DNA of 62,665 nucleotides. It comes from an uncultured Acidimicrobiales bacterium (GTDB lineage Bacteria > Actinomycetota > Acidimicrobiia > Acidimicrobiales > SHLQ01). Under the pieces are notes generated by a model. That model was given only the letters and a program-made list of their open reading frames with translations. It was not told the DNA's origin and did no database searches. The DNA is taken from positions 1 through 62,665 of the forward strand of contig CAYTUB010000004.1 of NCBI GenBank assembly GCA_964441145.1. The letters are read 5' to 3'. Each line of letters starts with the position of its first letter. Position 1 is the first letter of the stretch. Below are positions 37,997-45,285 of this stretch, piece by piece. The translations under genes and the position numbers were made by a program.

Positions 37997-38689
37997 ATGA
38001 CGATCGAGGGCCAATCGCCATCTATGCATCACTGTCTCTACATGTTGAAGCCACATGGCGATATCACCAAGTTTGAGCTCGAAGATGGGCTGATTCGTGG
38101 AGTGGTTTCCTCGTTGCTTGCGGAACGATCATCTATCGCCGAGATCATCGTTCACATCCCACGGGACGAGACGGTTGACCTCCCGGTGGATCTGGCCGTC
38201 GCCACCGACAATCTTCTCATCGCGATCACGGCTGGTTCCGAGGCCGACGCCATGCACGATCTCGGGCCACTCGTGGCCGAGTTTGCCACCGTCGAAGGTT
38301 CTGGAGCGGTCGTGCGCCACGATGCCGGCGTGCTCGATCAGACCTGGCCGGGCACCGCTACTCCCGGTGTCGGTCTGCGCATTCGTGTCGACGGCGCCCC
38401 CGGCATCGATCCAGCGACGCTGAGCACATCGGTATATGACTTCCTCGAGGCGCTCCGAGGACAGGTTCCCCTTCTTGGCTGCTGGGCAATGGCGGCGCTG
38501 CAGCCAGATTCTCCGCTGAGCTCCATGACCATCTCCATTTTGTTCCAGACCAGCGACGACCTGCGCGCGGCTCTTGCGCACGGCACGCTTGCGCCTTTTC
38601 TCGAAAGCCCGGACCTCGATTTCTCGCACCGTTATGTGCATATGGTGACCGAGCATCGCATCTCACCCAACGCGAACACTTGGGTGTAA
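37997..38689 (+). CDS. Hypothetical protein
   Basis: 230-aa ORF with host-like codon bias. No motif recognised. Confidence 0.5.
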   Translation: MTIEGQSPSMHHCLYMLKPHGDITKFELEDGLIRGVVSSLLAERSSIAEIIVHIPRDETVDLPVDLAVATDNLLIAITAGSEADAMHDLGPLVAEFATVEGSGAVVRHDAGVLDQTWPGTATPGVGLRIRVDGAPGIDPATLSTSVYDFLEALRGQVPLLGCWAMAALQPDSPLSSMTISILFQTSDDLRAALAHGTLAPFLESPDLDFSHRYVHMVTEHRISPNANTWV

Positions 38690-38744
38690 CGCTTTACCGC
38701 GTCGTATCGCTCCGCAGAGCGACAGATGTTGACAGACTGCAGAA

Positions 38745-39662
38745 GTGCTGGACCGTCCGAAAATCTTGCTGGATTGCGATCCTGGAATTGACGACGCCTT
38801 CGCCATCATGGTCGCGCTGCGTTTCGCTGAGCTCGCCGCGGTGACAACGGTCGGCGGTAACGTTTCGGTCGACAAGACCACCCGTAATGCGTTGTGGGTG
38901 CTCGAACTCGCTCAGGCTGGCCATGTTCCCGTTCACCGAGGCGCTGACGCCCCGCTGAAAGCCCCCGCGGCATGGGCCGAAGATATTCACGGCGTGTCAG
39001 GGCTTGGGACCCTCGACGTTCCCGAACCACAGATGTCTGCCAGCGATGTCTCGGCCCATGACGCAATCTTGCAGCACTGCGCCGACGGCAATGCCGTCAT
39101 CGTTGCGGTCGGCCCGTTAACCAACATCGCCTTGGCCCTCCAGGCCGATCCCTCGCTCGCGGACAGGATCGGCCATCTGCACTGGATGGGGGGTTCGGCG
39201 CAGGGTGGCAACACCACCCCCTATGCCGAGTTCAACGCACACTTCGACCCCGAAGCACTGCACGTAACGCTGGCGAGCAACTGCAGGTTCTCGATGTACG
39301 GGTTGGATCTGACGTATCAAGTGCGCCTAAACAACGCCGACATCGAAGGGCTGCGCGAGGCAAACACCCCTACGTCAACACATCTTGGCGACTTTCTGTC
39401 GTACTACCGATCTACCGCATCGTCGGCCGAGGAAGGCCAGCCAATCCACGATGCGTGTGCTGTGCTAGGCGCAACCCATCCTGACCTGTTCGAGAGTGTG
39501 CCATCGCGTATTGTCGTCGAAACAGTGAAGGCGGATATGCGAGGACAAACGACGGTGCTCGAAGTCGAAGAATCTCAACATGCCCATGTCAAGGCCGTCG
39601 ACGCCGTGTCGGCCCGAGCATCGATCCTGATGTCGGCCATCAACCCGGTACCGCAATCATGA
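38745..39662 (+). CDS. Nucleoside hydrolase (IUNH family)
   Basis: N-terminal ILLDCDPGIDDAFAI aspartate cluster and the later HDACAV motif. Confidence 0.9.
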   Translation: MLDRPKILLDCDPGIDDAFAIMVALRFAELAAVTTVGGNVSVDKTTRNALWVLELAQAGHVPVHRGADAPLKAPAAWAEDIHGVSGLGTLDVPEPQMSASDVSAHDAILQHCADGNAVIVAVGPLTNIALALQADPSLADRIGHLHWMGGSAQGGNTTPYAEFNAHFDPEALHVTLASNCRFSMYGLDLTYQVRLNNADIEGLREANTPTSTHLGDFLSYYRSTASSAEEGQPIHDACAVLGATHPDLFESVPSRIVVETVKADMRGQTTVLEVEESQHAHVKAVDAVSARASILMSAINPVPQS

Positions 39663-40315
39663 GTGAATGGTTTCTATCCCTAGGGCCGGTCGAGTGGTTT
39701 CGTGAGCAATTCGAGGGCTGTCCTGAAGACGCCCTGACCTGTGACTCGATCTCGGCTCAAGAGTTGTTTCGGTTCGTTCTGATCGCCTGGGTCGTTGCCG
39801 CGGTCGTCCTGATTGCTCTCGACCGATTGGGAAGTGGCCTTTGGGGCAGGAGTCGCCCTCTCGCGCAAGAGCCACCACAACTCGCCCGTTCGTGGCGATG
39901 GGGCCGCAAACCTCCGCCTGCAAATTATTCGCTTCTGCCACCCGGTACCACGGTGCAAAGCGCCGCTCCTACCCTCCCAGAGACCACCCCTGTGGAGCGT
40001 CCTGTTCTGCCCGCCTTGCCAGTTGGTGGCGCCGTTGTACCCGGAGCGGCCTCAACAGTTACGCTCATCGACCCGGGGAGCGACGTCTCCGATAACGAGT
40101 ACTGGAATACGTTTGCGGGCTCGGTCTCTCCAATCTTTGGACACGAAAATGATGATCGTCTCGGACGCGGGAACGCGCCAGAGCGTTACAACCCCATCAG
40201 CGGTCGGGTCGAGAGTCTTCGACGAGACCAAGATGCCGCCGAGCTGTATTGGGACTGGGCCCCCGAGTCGGTAGCGACGATCGGTGACGACCTGGTCGAG
40301 GAGGAGGAAGAGTGA
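39659..40315 (+). CDS. Membrane-anchored Pro-rich/acidic protein, unknown function
   Basis: ATGA overlap with the hydrolase gene. One TM (LFRFVLIAWVVAAVVLIAL), a Pro-rich linker and an acidic C-terminus. Confidence 0.5.
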   Translation: MSEWFLSLGPVEWFREQFEGCPEDALTCDSISAQELFRFVLIAWVVAAVVLIALDRLGSGLWGRSRPLAQEPPQLARSWRWGRKPPPANYSLLPPGTTVQSAAPTLPETTPVERPVLPALPVGGAVVPGAASTVTLIDPGSDVSDNEYWNTFAGSVSPIFGHENDDRLGRGNAPERYNPISGRVESLRRDQDAAELYWDWAPESVATIGDDLVEEEEE

Positions 40316-40812
40316 GCTCTTCACAGACCCTCGCGGACCGTTTCCGGACACAGCGCACAGACCGAATTCGAGTGGACGGTAACGAGGTTCTTTCGGTTGT
40401 CGACTTGGTCTTGGCACCAACATCGGCGGTGGAATTCGCCGTCCAATCCCAACGCAACGACATCGAGCAGCTCTTCTCGGTCCGCTCTCGCACGCGCGAC
40501 CTGCAACCCGTGGGAGAGGAGTTCGACCCCTCTCCTGTCGAGTTAATTCAGGTTCGTGCCAAAAACGCCACGACCATCGAATTAGTCGGCAGCGATTCGA
40601 GTGACAGCGTGCTGCAATTGTGGAACGGGTGGCGCGTCGACGCGACCGATCATTCATGGACCGGCAACAGCGGAATTATCGTCGAGGACCTGACGCCTCC
40701 GGAGGGCGCCAACCTTCGCTTTCGCATGTGGTGCAGCGACGGACTCGGCGATCCATCGTTCGATGACCTGGTACTCGTCGTCACCATTGGTGACAGAATC
40801 CCCCAAAAGTAG
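40312..40812 (+). CDS. Hypothetical beta-rich protein
   Basis: GTGA overlap with the upstream gene. 166 aa, no motif recognised. Confidence 0.5.
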   Translation: MSSSQTLADRFRTQRTDRIRVDGNEVLSVVDLVLAPTSAVEFAVQSQRNDIEQLFSVRSRTRDLQPVGEEFDPSPVELIQVRAKNATTIELVGSDSSDSVLQLWNGWRVDATDHSWTGNSGIIVEDLTPPEGANLRFRMWCSDGLGDPSFDDLVLVVTIGDRIPQK

Positions 40813-40912
40813 CGCTGACAAGATTCGGCGAGTATGTCAAGATACCTATATGGAATGCGGCGCAGTGTGCCGATGTTTCTATACGTAACACCCTAAACAC
40901 ATAGGAAAAACA

Positions 40913-41068
40913 ATGAGCATGACCCAGACAACGGCGTCTGGCGAACGACTCACGATGATCTTTGAAGCTGGGACCGAAACGGTCACCCGCCGACAAGCAG
41001 ATTCGTGGTTGCGCCTTCGCCAAGCATCGCAGAAGCCAACCACCAGCCAGCAGCGGATCGCTAGCTAG
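40913..41068 (+). CDS. Possible 51-codon small ORF
   Basis: The ATG is preceded by AGGAAAAAC in an AT-rich gap. It is below the ORF-track length cutoff. Peptide: MSMTQTTASGERLTMIFEAGTETVTRRQADSWLRLRQASQKPTTSQQRIAS. Confidence 0.25.
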   Translation: MSMTQTTASGERLTMIFEAGTETVTRRQADSWLRLRQASQKPTTSQQRIAS

Positions 41069-41077
41069 CTGCCCCGG

Positions 41078-41542
41078 TTACTCCGGGACCGACCACGTCC
41101 AACCGATAAATTCACCAATGTGAGCTCGGTTGAGCACTCGCATGGCCGCGAATAGCCAGTCTGCGAGTTCTTCCGACGATGCGTCATTAGGCCATTCCAC
41201 GACGAGCCCTCGTCGGGGATGGTCTTGTCGCACGCGCGCCCCCTCAGGAATAGCGAGGTCTGCCTCGCGTAGCTGCTGAGCCGCCTTCACCCCAGCTTGA
41301 TGTTGAATACCAACCGAAAGCAAAGAATCGGGCGAGTCACGCATGACTGTTGCAAGGGCGTTGGCAGGACCGCGCGCAGCAAGGAATCCAAATAGCGGCG
41401 AATCGAGTGTGTCTGGCTCTGCAATCTCTTCGAAGCTCAGGTTGCACCAGGACCCGGGGGTCGATCGAATTTGGTCGAACAGCTGCTTGGCCTGGACACG
41501 ATCTCTGGGGTCGAGTCGCCCGTAGTTTTGATCCATCGCCAT
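41078..41542 (-). CDS. Hypothetical protein
   Basis: The C-terminal about 154 aa of the 293-aa ORF (from MAMDQNYG...) look protein-like. The N-terminal R/P/S-rich part overlaps the Nudix gene and was rejected. Confidence 0.45.
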   Translation of the reverse strand: MAMDQNYGRLDPRDRVQAKQLFDQIRSTPGSWCNLSFEEIAEPDTLDSPLFGFLAARGPANALATVMRDSPDSLLSVGIQHQAGVKAAQQLREADLAIPEGARVRQDHPRRGLVVEWPNDASSEELADWLFAAMRVLNRAHIGEFIGWTWSVPE

Positions 41543-41553
41543 ACGATAGGGCG

Positions 41554-42270
41554 ATGACGGCTCCTCTAAACAGCGCCCTGCGCCTCGCGTCGACAGCGAT
41601 TCCTGTTCGCGAGCGTTCCGGTGCCCTCGAGATTTTGATGGTGGAGCGAAACAAAGATCTCTCATTTGGCGGAATGTGGGCCTTCCCGGGCGGAGCGATC
41701 GAGGCTGGCGACGGTCAAATTCCCGAGATTGAGAATGAGGACACGAACTGGGGGGCACCACAGTTACTGTCCACTGCTGCCAACGCCGCAGTTCGAGAGA
41801 CGCGTGAGGAGACGAACCTTTCGTGCTCGGTCTCATCGCTCGCCTGGCTCTCACACTGGATCCCTCCAAAGACGGGCGCACCAAAGCGATTCGCCACCTG
41901 GTTCTTTGTCGCTCCCGAGGTCTCCGGTGTACTCGAGGTCGATCAGCGCGAGAACTCACGAGCTCGATGGATCACCGCGGGCGATGCCTTAGACCTGTAC
42001 GCCGGTGACGAGTTCCCAATGGCTGCACCAACGTGGTGCACCTTGCATGATCTCGGCGATGTCACCGAGATCGGCAGGCTCATCGACCACATCATCACGC
42101 AAGGCCCCCGGATACACCACACGCGCGCGTTCGCGACAACGCAGGGTCGCATGCTCGTATGGAACGGTGATAGCGCCTATGAATCTGGCGATCTGTTGGC
42201 TGACGGATCACGCAACCGCATGTTGGTCGACGACACATTCAGCGTCATTGACCGAGAACGGTTGATGTAG
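41554..42270 (+). CDS. NUDIX hydrolase
   Basis: Nudix box GGMWAFPGGAIEAGD...AAVRETREETNL. The ATG at 41554 is preferred over the ORF-track start at 41350. Confidence 0.8.
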   Translation: MTAPLNSALRLASTAIPVRERSGALEILMVERNKDLSFGGMWAFPGGAIEAGDGQIPEIENEDTNWGAPQLLSTAANAAVRETREETNLSCSVSSLAWLSHWIPPKTGAPKRFATWFFVAPEVSGVLEVDQRENSRARWITAGDALDLYAGDEFPMAAPTWCTLHDLGDVTEIGRLIDHIITQGPRIHHTRAFATTQGRMLVWNGDSAYESGDLLADGSRNRMLVDDTFSVIDRERLM

Positions 42271-42302
42271 TCCCCCGCCGCGTAGCGGGTCCCACAGCGG
42301 GC

Positions 42303-42635
42303 TTAGCGAACAGTGCGTCCAAGTGCCGCAGCGGCACGAGTCTCTGCAACCTTGCGGCGGCCAATGATCGGGGTCGTGGGTGCAAAGCCAGCCGCAGCGC
42401 GCTCCGACTCGGACTCGCCACCCCAGAAACCAAGCTCAAGGTTCGCTCGAGCGTAGGTCCGACATGCCGAGACGACATCGCATTGTTCACAAATCACTCG
42501 CGCTTTCGCCTCCCGGCGAACGCGTGCTTCAGGGCGTTCTGCAAACGGGGCAAAAAATAGGTCGCTGTCTCCAGCACACGCCCCGGCTTCCATCCACGAT
42601 GTGGTTTCGCCCGAAACCTCAAGTGTATCGATCAT
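42303..42635 (-). CDS. WhiB-family transcriptional regulator
   Basis: Four Cys (C-x21-C-x2-C-x5-C: ACAGDS...CEQCDVVSAC) and the GFWGG turn. The ATG at 42635 is preferred. Confidence 0.85.
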   Translation of the reverse strand: MIDTLEVSGETTSWMEAGACAGDSDLFFAPFAERPEARVRREAKARVICEQCDVVSACRTYARANLELGFWGGESESERAAAGFAPTTPIIGRRKVAETRAAAALGRTVR

Positions 42636-42902
42636 GTCTTTACCTTGGTCCTCCTGAGGGCAGGACGAACAACACAAACGGATACGCCGTCGCGACGCGC
42701 CCATCAGCCCTCAACTCCACTCTTGCCGTCCAAGATGATGCGCGCGGTTTCGCGCGTTTTACCAATAGCTTTCTGCGAAAGAGCTATCTCAAAAACAGAT
42801 GGGGTGACTCACCGCGAGCTAGCACATCCACAGGTAGTTGTCGAACGCGCCCCTTGACACGACCACCTAAGCTGGCAATAGCACCCACTCGAAAGGGCTC
42901 TA

Positions 42903-44102
42903 ATGGCCGAAGCAGTAATCGTCGCCACATCACGCACCCCAATTGGACGAGCAGTCAAGGGGTCAATGGCCGACGTGCGGCCCGACGACATGTCCGCGTT
43001 CATCATCGACGACGTGTTGAACAAAGTCCCTGCACTCGACCGTTCCGAAATCGAAGACGTCTTATGGGGCATCGGGCAGCCTGGCGGTGAAGGCGGCTAC
43101 AACATCGCCCGCGTATCTGGTCTTATGGCCGGTCTCGAAGCACCCGGCGTCACCGTAAATCGCTACTGCAGCTCGTCTTTGCAGACCATCCGGATGGCAG
43201 CGCATGCAATCAAAGCCGGCGAAGGTGACGTATTTGTCGCCGGAGGCGTTGAGACCGTGAGCCGCTACGGCAGCGGGGCAGCCGACACCGGACCCCACAA
43301 CGAACACTTCGCCGATGCCGAAGCGCGAACCGCAGAACGATCCGCAGAAGGCGCTGAGGCTTGGGAGGCTCCTGAGGTACCCGACATATACATCTCGATG
43401 GGCCAGACGGCCGAGAACGTCGCCCAGGTAAGCGGCATCGGAAGAGAGCGCCAAGACCAATGGGGTGTCCGCTCGCAGAACCGTGCTGAAGAGGCACGCA
43501 ACCGAGGCTTCTTCGAGAACGAAATCACTCCATACCCGCTGCCCGATGGCTCGCTTATGACCCAAGACGACGGTATTCGAGAGGGCACAACGCTCGAAGG
43601 GGTCAGCGGCCTAAAGCCAGTCTTTCGCCCCGACGGAACAATCACTGCGGGCAACGCGTGCCCCCTCAACGATGGCGCCGCAGCCGTTGTCGTCATGAGC
43701 GATACCAAAGCAGCCGAGCTTGGCATACAACCACTGGCTCGCATCGTGTCGAGCGCCGTGACCAGCCTCGACCCAGAGATCATGGGCCTCGGCCCAATCG
43801 AGGCCATTAGGGCTGCGCTCGAGCGGGCCGACCTGACGGTCGACGACATCGACTTGTTTGAGATAAACGAAGCGTTCGCCGTGCAGGTCCTCGGTTCAGC
43901 CGATGAACTCGGAATTCCCGAGGACAAACTCAATGTCAATGGCGGCTCGATCGCTCTTGGCCATCCGTTCGGTATGACCGGCGCTCGCATCATGACCACC
44001 TTGATCAACGGGCTGCAGGACTCGGGTGGCCGCTACGGAGTCGAGTCGATGTGTGTCGGCGGCGGTCAGGGAATGGCCATGGTTATCGAGCGGCTGGGTT
44101 AA
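42903..44102 (+). CDS. Acetyl-CoA C-acetyltransferase (thiolase II)
   Basis: VNRYCSSSLQTI (active Cys), NVNGGSIALGHPFGMTGAR, and CVGGGQGMAM. Confidence 0.95.
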   Translation: MAEAVIVATSRTPIGRAVKGSMADVRPDDMSAFIIDDVLNKVPALDRSEIEDVLWGIGQPGGEGGYNIARVSGLMAGLEAPGVTVNRYCSSSLQTIRMAAHAIKAGEGDVFVAGGVETVSRYGSGAADTGPHNEHFADAEARTAERSAEGAEAWEAPEVPDIYISMGQTAENVAQVSGIGRERQDQWGVRSQNRAEEARNRGFFENEITPYPLPDGSLMTQDDGIREGTTLEGVSGLKPVFRPDGTITAGNACPLNDGAAAVVVMSDTKAAELGIQPLARIVSSAVTSLDPEIMGLGPIEAIRAALERADLTVDDIDLFEINEAFAVQVLGSADELGIPEDKLNVNGGSIALGHPFGMTGARIMTTLINGLQDSGGRYGVESMCVGGGQGMAMVIERLG

Positions 44103-44106
44103 CCCA

Positions 44107-45045
44107 TTGACCGCACGTCCAAGGTCCATCCGGCGAGCGCTAGCAGGTGTAACTGTTGGCGCGCTCATGATGACCGCGTGCGCCTCCGCCGACGTTGAGA
44201 CGCAATCGACTAGCGCAGCTGTCGATGCGGTGCAGTGCAGCGGCACCGACCCTGGTCCTGGGCTCGAACTGATTGCCGACTGGAGCGAGGGCGAACAGCG
44301 GGAGTTACTAGTCACCGAGTCCATTACTGGGGCGGGCACCGATCCGACCATGGATGGGGTCGTCGGCACTTCCCGAGTGACCGTGACCGCACTCGATGTG
44401 GACGATGCGGAACTCATGCTGCGATGGGCGACCTCGGCCACCGACTTCGACGATGCCTCGATCGATCCAGCAGAAGAATCCCTCCCCGCCATGGACATGG
44501 ACTTCGGGGTCGACTCTTTGGGCAACATCGTCCAGGTTGGAAACCTCGAAGAGATTCTCGATGAAGCTCGCGCAATGTATGGGGCACTCGAGGATGAAGC
44601 GCTACTTGAGCTTCTCGGGGGTGACCTAGAGATTTATCAAACCCCAAACCTGTCGATCGGCGAGGGCGAGACGCTTACAGAACCGACCAGGATGATCAGT
44701 CCAATGATGGCCCAGCTCGTCGATGCGGTTCGAACGGTCGAGCATCTAGGAACCGATGATGGCGGCTGCGAGGTCGTTCGTGTATCGCGCCACACGGGCC
44801 CCGATGCAATCATCGAAGACCTCGACGACCTCCTCGAAGAATTGGACAACCCCGACGAGCGGCCCAACGCCTTCGACGACGTCGGTGCCGATGGTGCCGT
44901 GGTACGAACCGCCACATACCGATTCGACCACGGGATCAATCGGGTTCGCCAGGTGGAATTCACCGAGGCCTGGGCGATCTTTGGCGCTGGCGGCATCGAT
45001 TCGCGCGTCGAAACCAAAATCTTTACCGACGTCACCGATCAATAG
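44107..45045 (+). CDS. Lipoprotein, unknown function
   Basis: The TTG at 44107 gives LTARPRSIRRALAGVTVGALMMTAC (lipobox). The ORF-track start at 44026 lies inside the thiolase gene. Confidence 0.55.
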   Translation: MTARPRSIRRALAGVTVGALMMTACASADVETQSTSAAVDAVQCSGTDPGPGLELIADWSEGEQRELLVTESITGAGTDPTMDGVVGTSRVTVTALDVDDAELMLRWATSATDFDDASIDPAEESLPAMDMDFGVDSLGNIVQVGNLEEILDEARAMYGALEDEALLELLGGDLEIYQTPNLSIGEGETLTEPTRMISPMMAQLVDAVRTVEHLGTDDGGCEVVRVSRHTGPDAIIEDLDDLLEELDNPDERPNAFDDVGADGAVVRTATYRFDHGINRVRQVEFTEAWAIFGAGGIDSRVETKIFTDVTDQ

Positions 45046-45285
45046 ATCGCTGCGCACGACGAGCAGTTTCTCAAGAAGTGGCAGGGGGTATCGATCGTCG
45101 ATCCGGCAGATCTCATCACTCGGCGGGTCATCCTGACCGAGCGCGCCATCTTTCACGGGGACGACTTCTTACGTCACGAGTCGCTCACCCTTATGCGAGA
45201 AATCTAAAGCGCCTGGCTGCTCTCTAACGGACGCTCCCTGGTCAAGCGGCGATTCCGGCAGCTGAAATAGTAGGGTCTCTTTCCT

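Noticed and set aside
41543-41959. N-terminal 139 codons of the ORF-track 41078-41959 minus-strand ORF.
   Set aside because: The sequence is Arg/Pro/Ser-rich and overlaps the Nudix-box region on the other strand. An internal ATG at 41542 gives a sensible protein.
42636-42902. Imperfect palindrome ATAGCTTTCTGCGAAAGAGCTAT and a TTGACA element in the whiB/thiolase divergent region as an operator and promoter.
   Set aside because: The palindrome needs a 2-nt bulge, and I found no acceptable -10 hexamer at proper spacing from TTGACA. The evidence is too weak.
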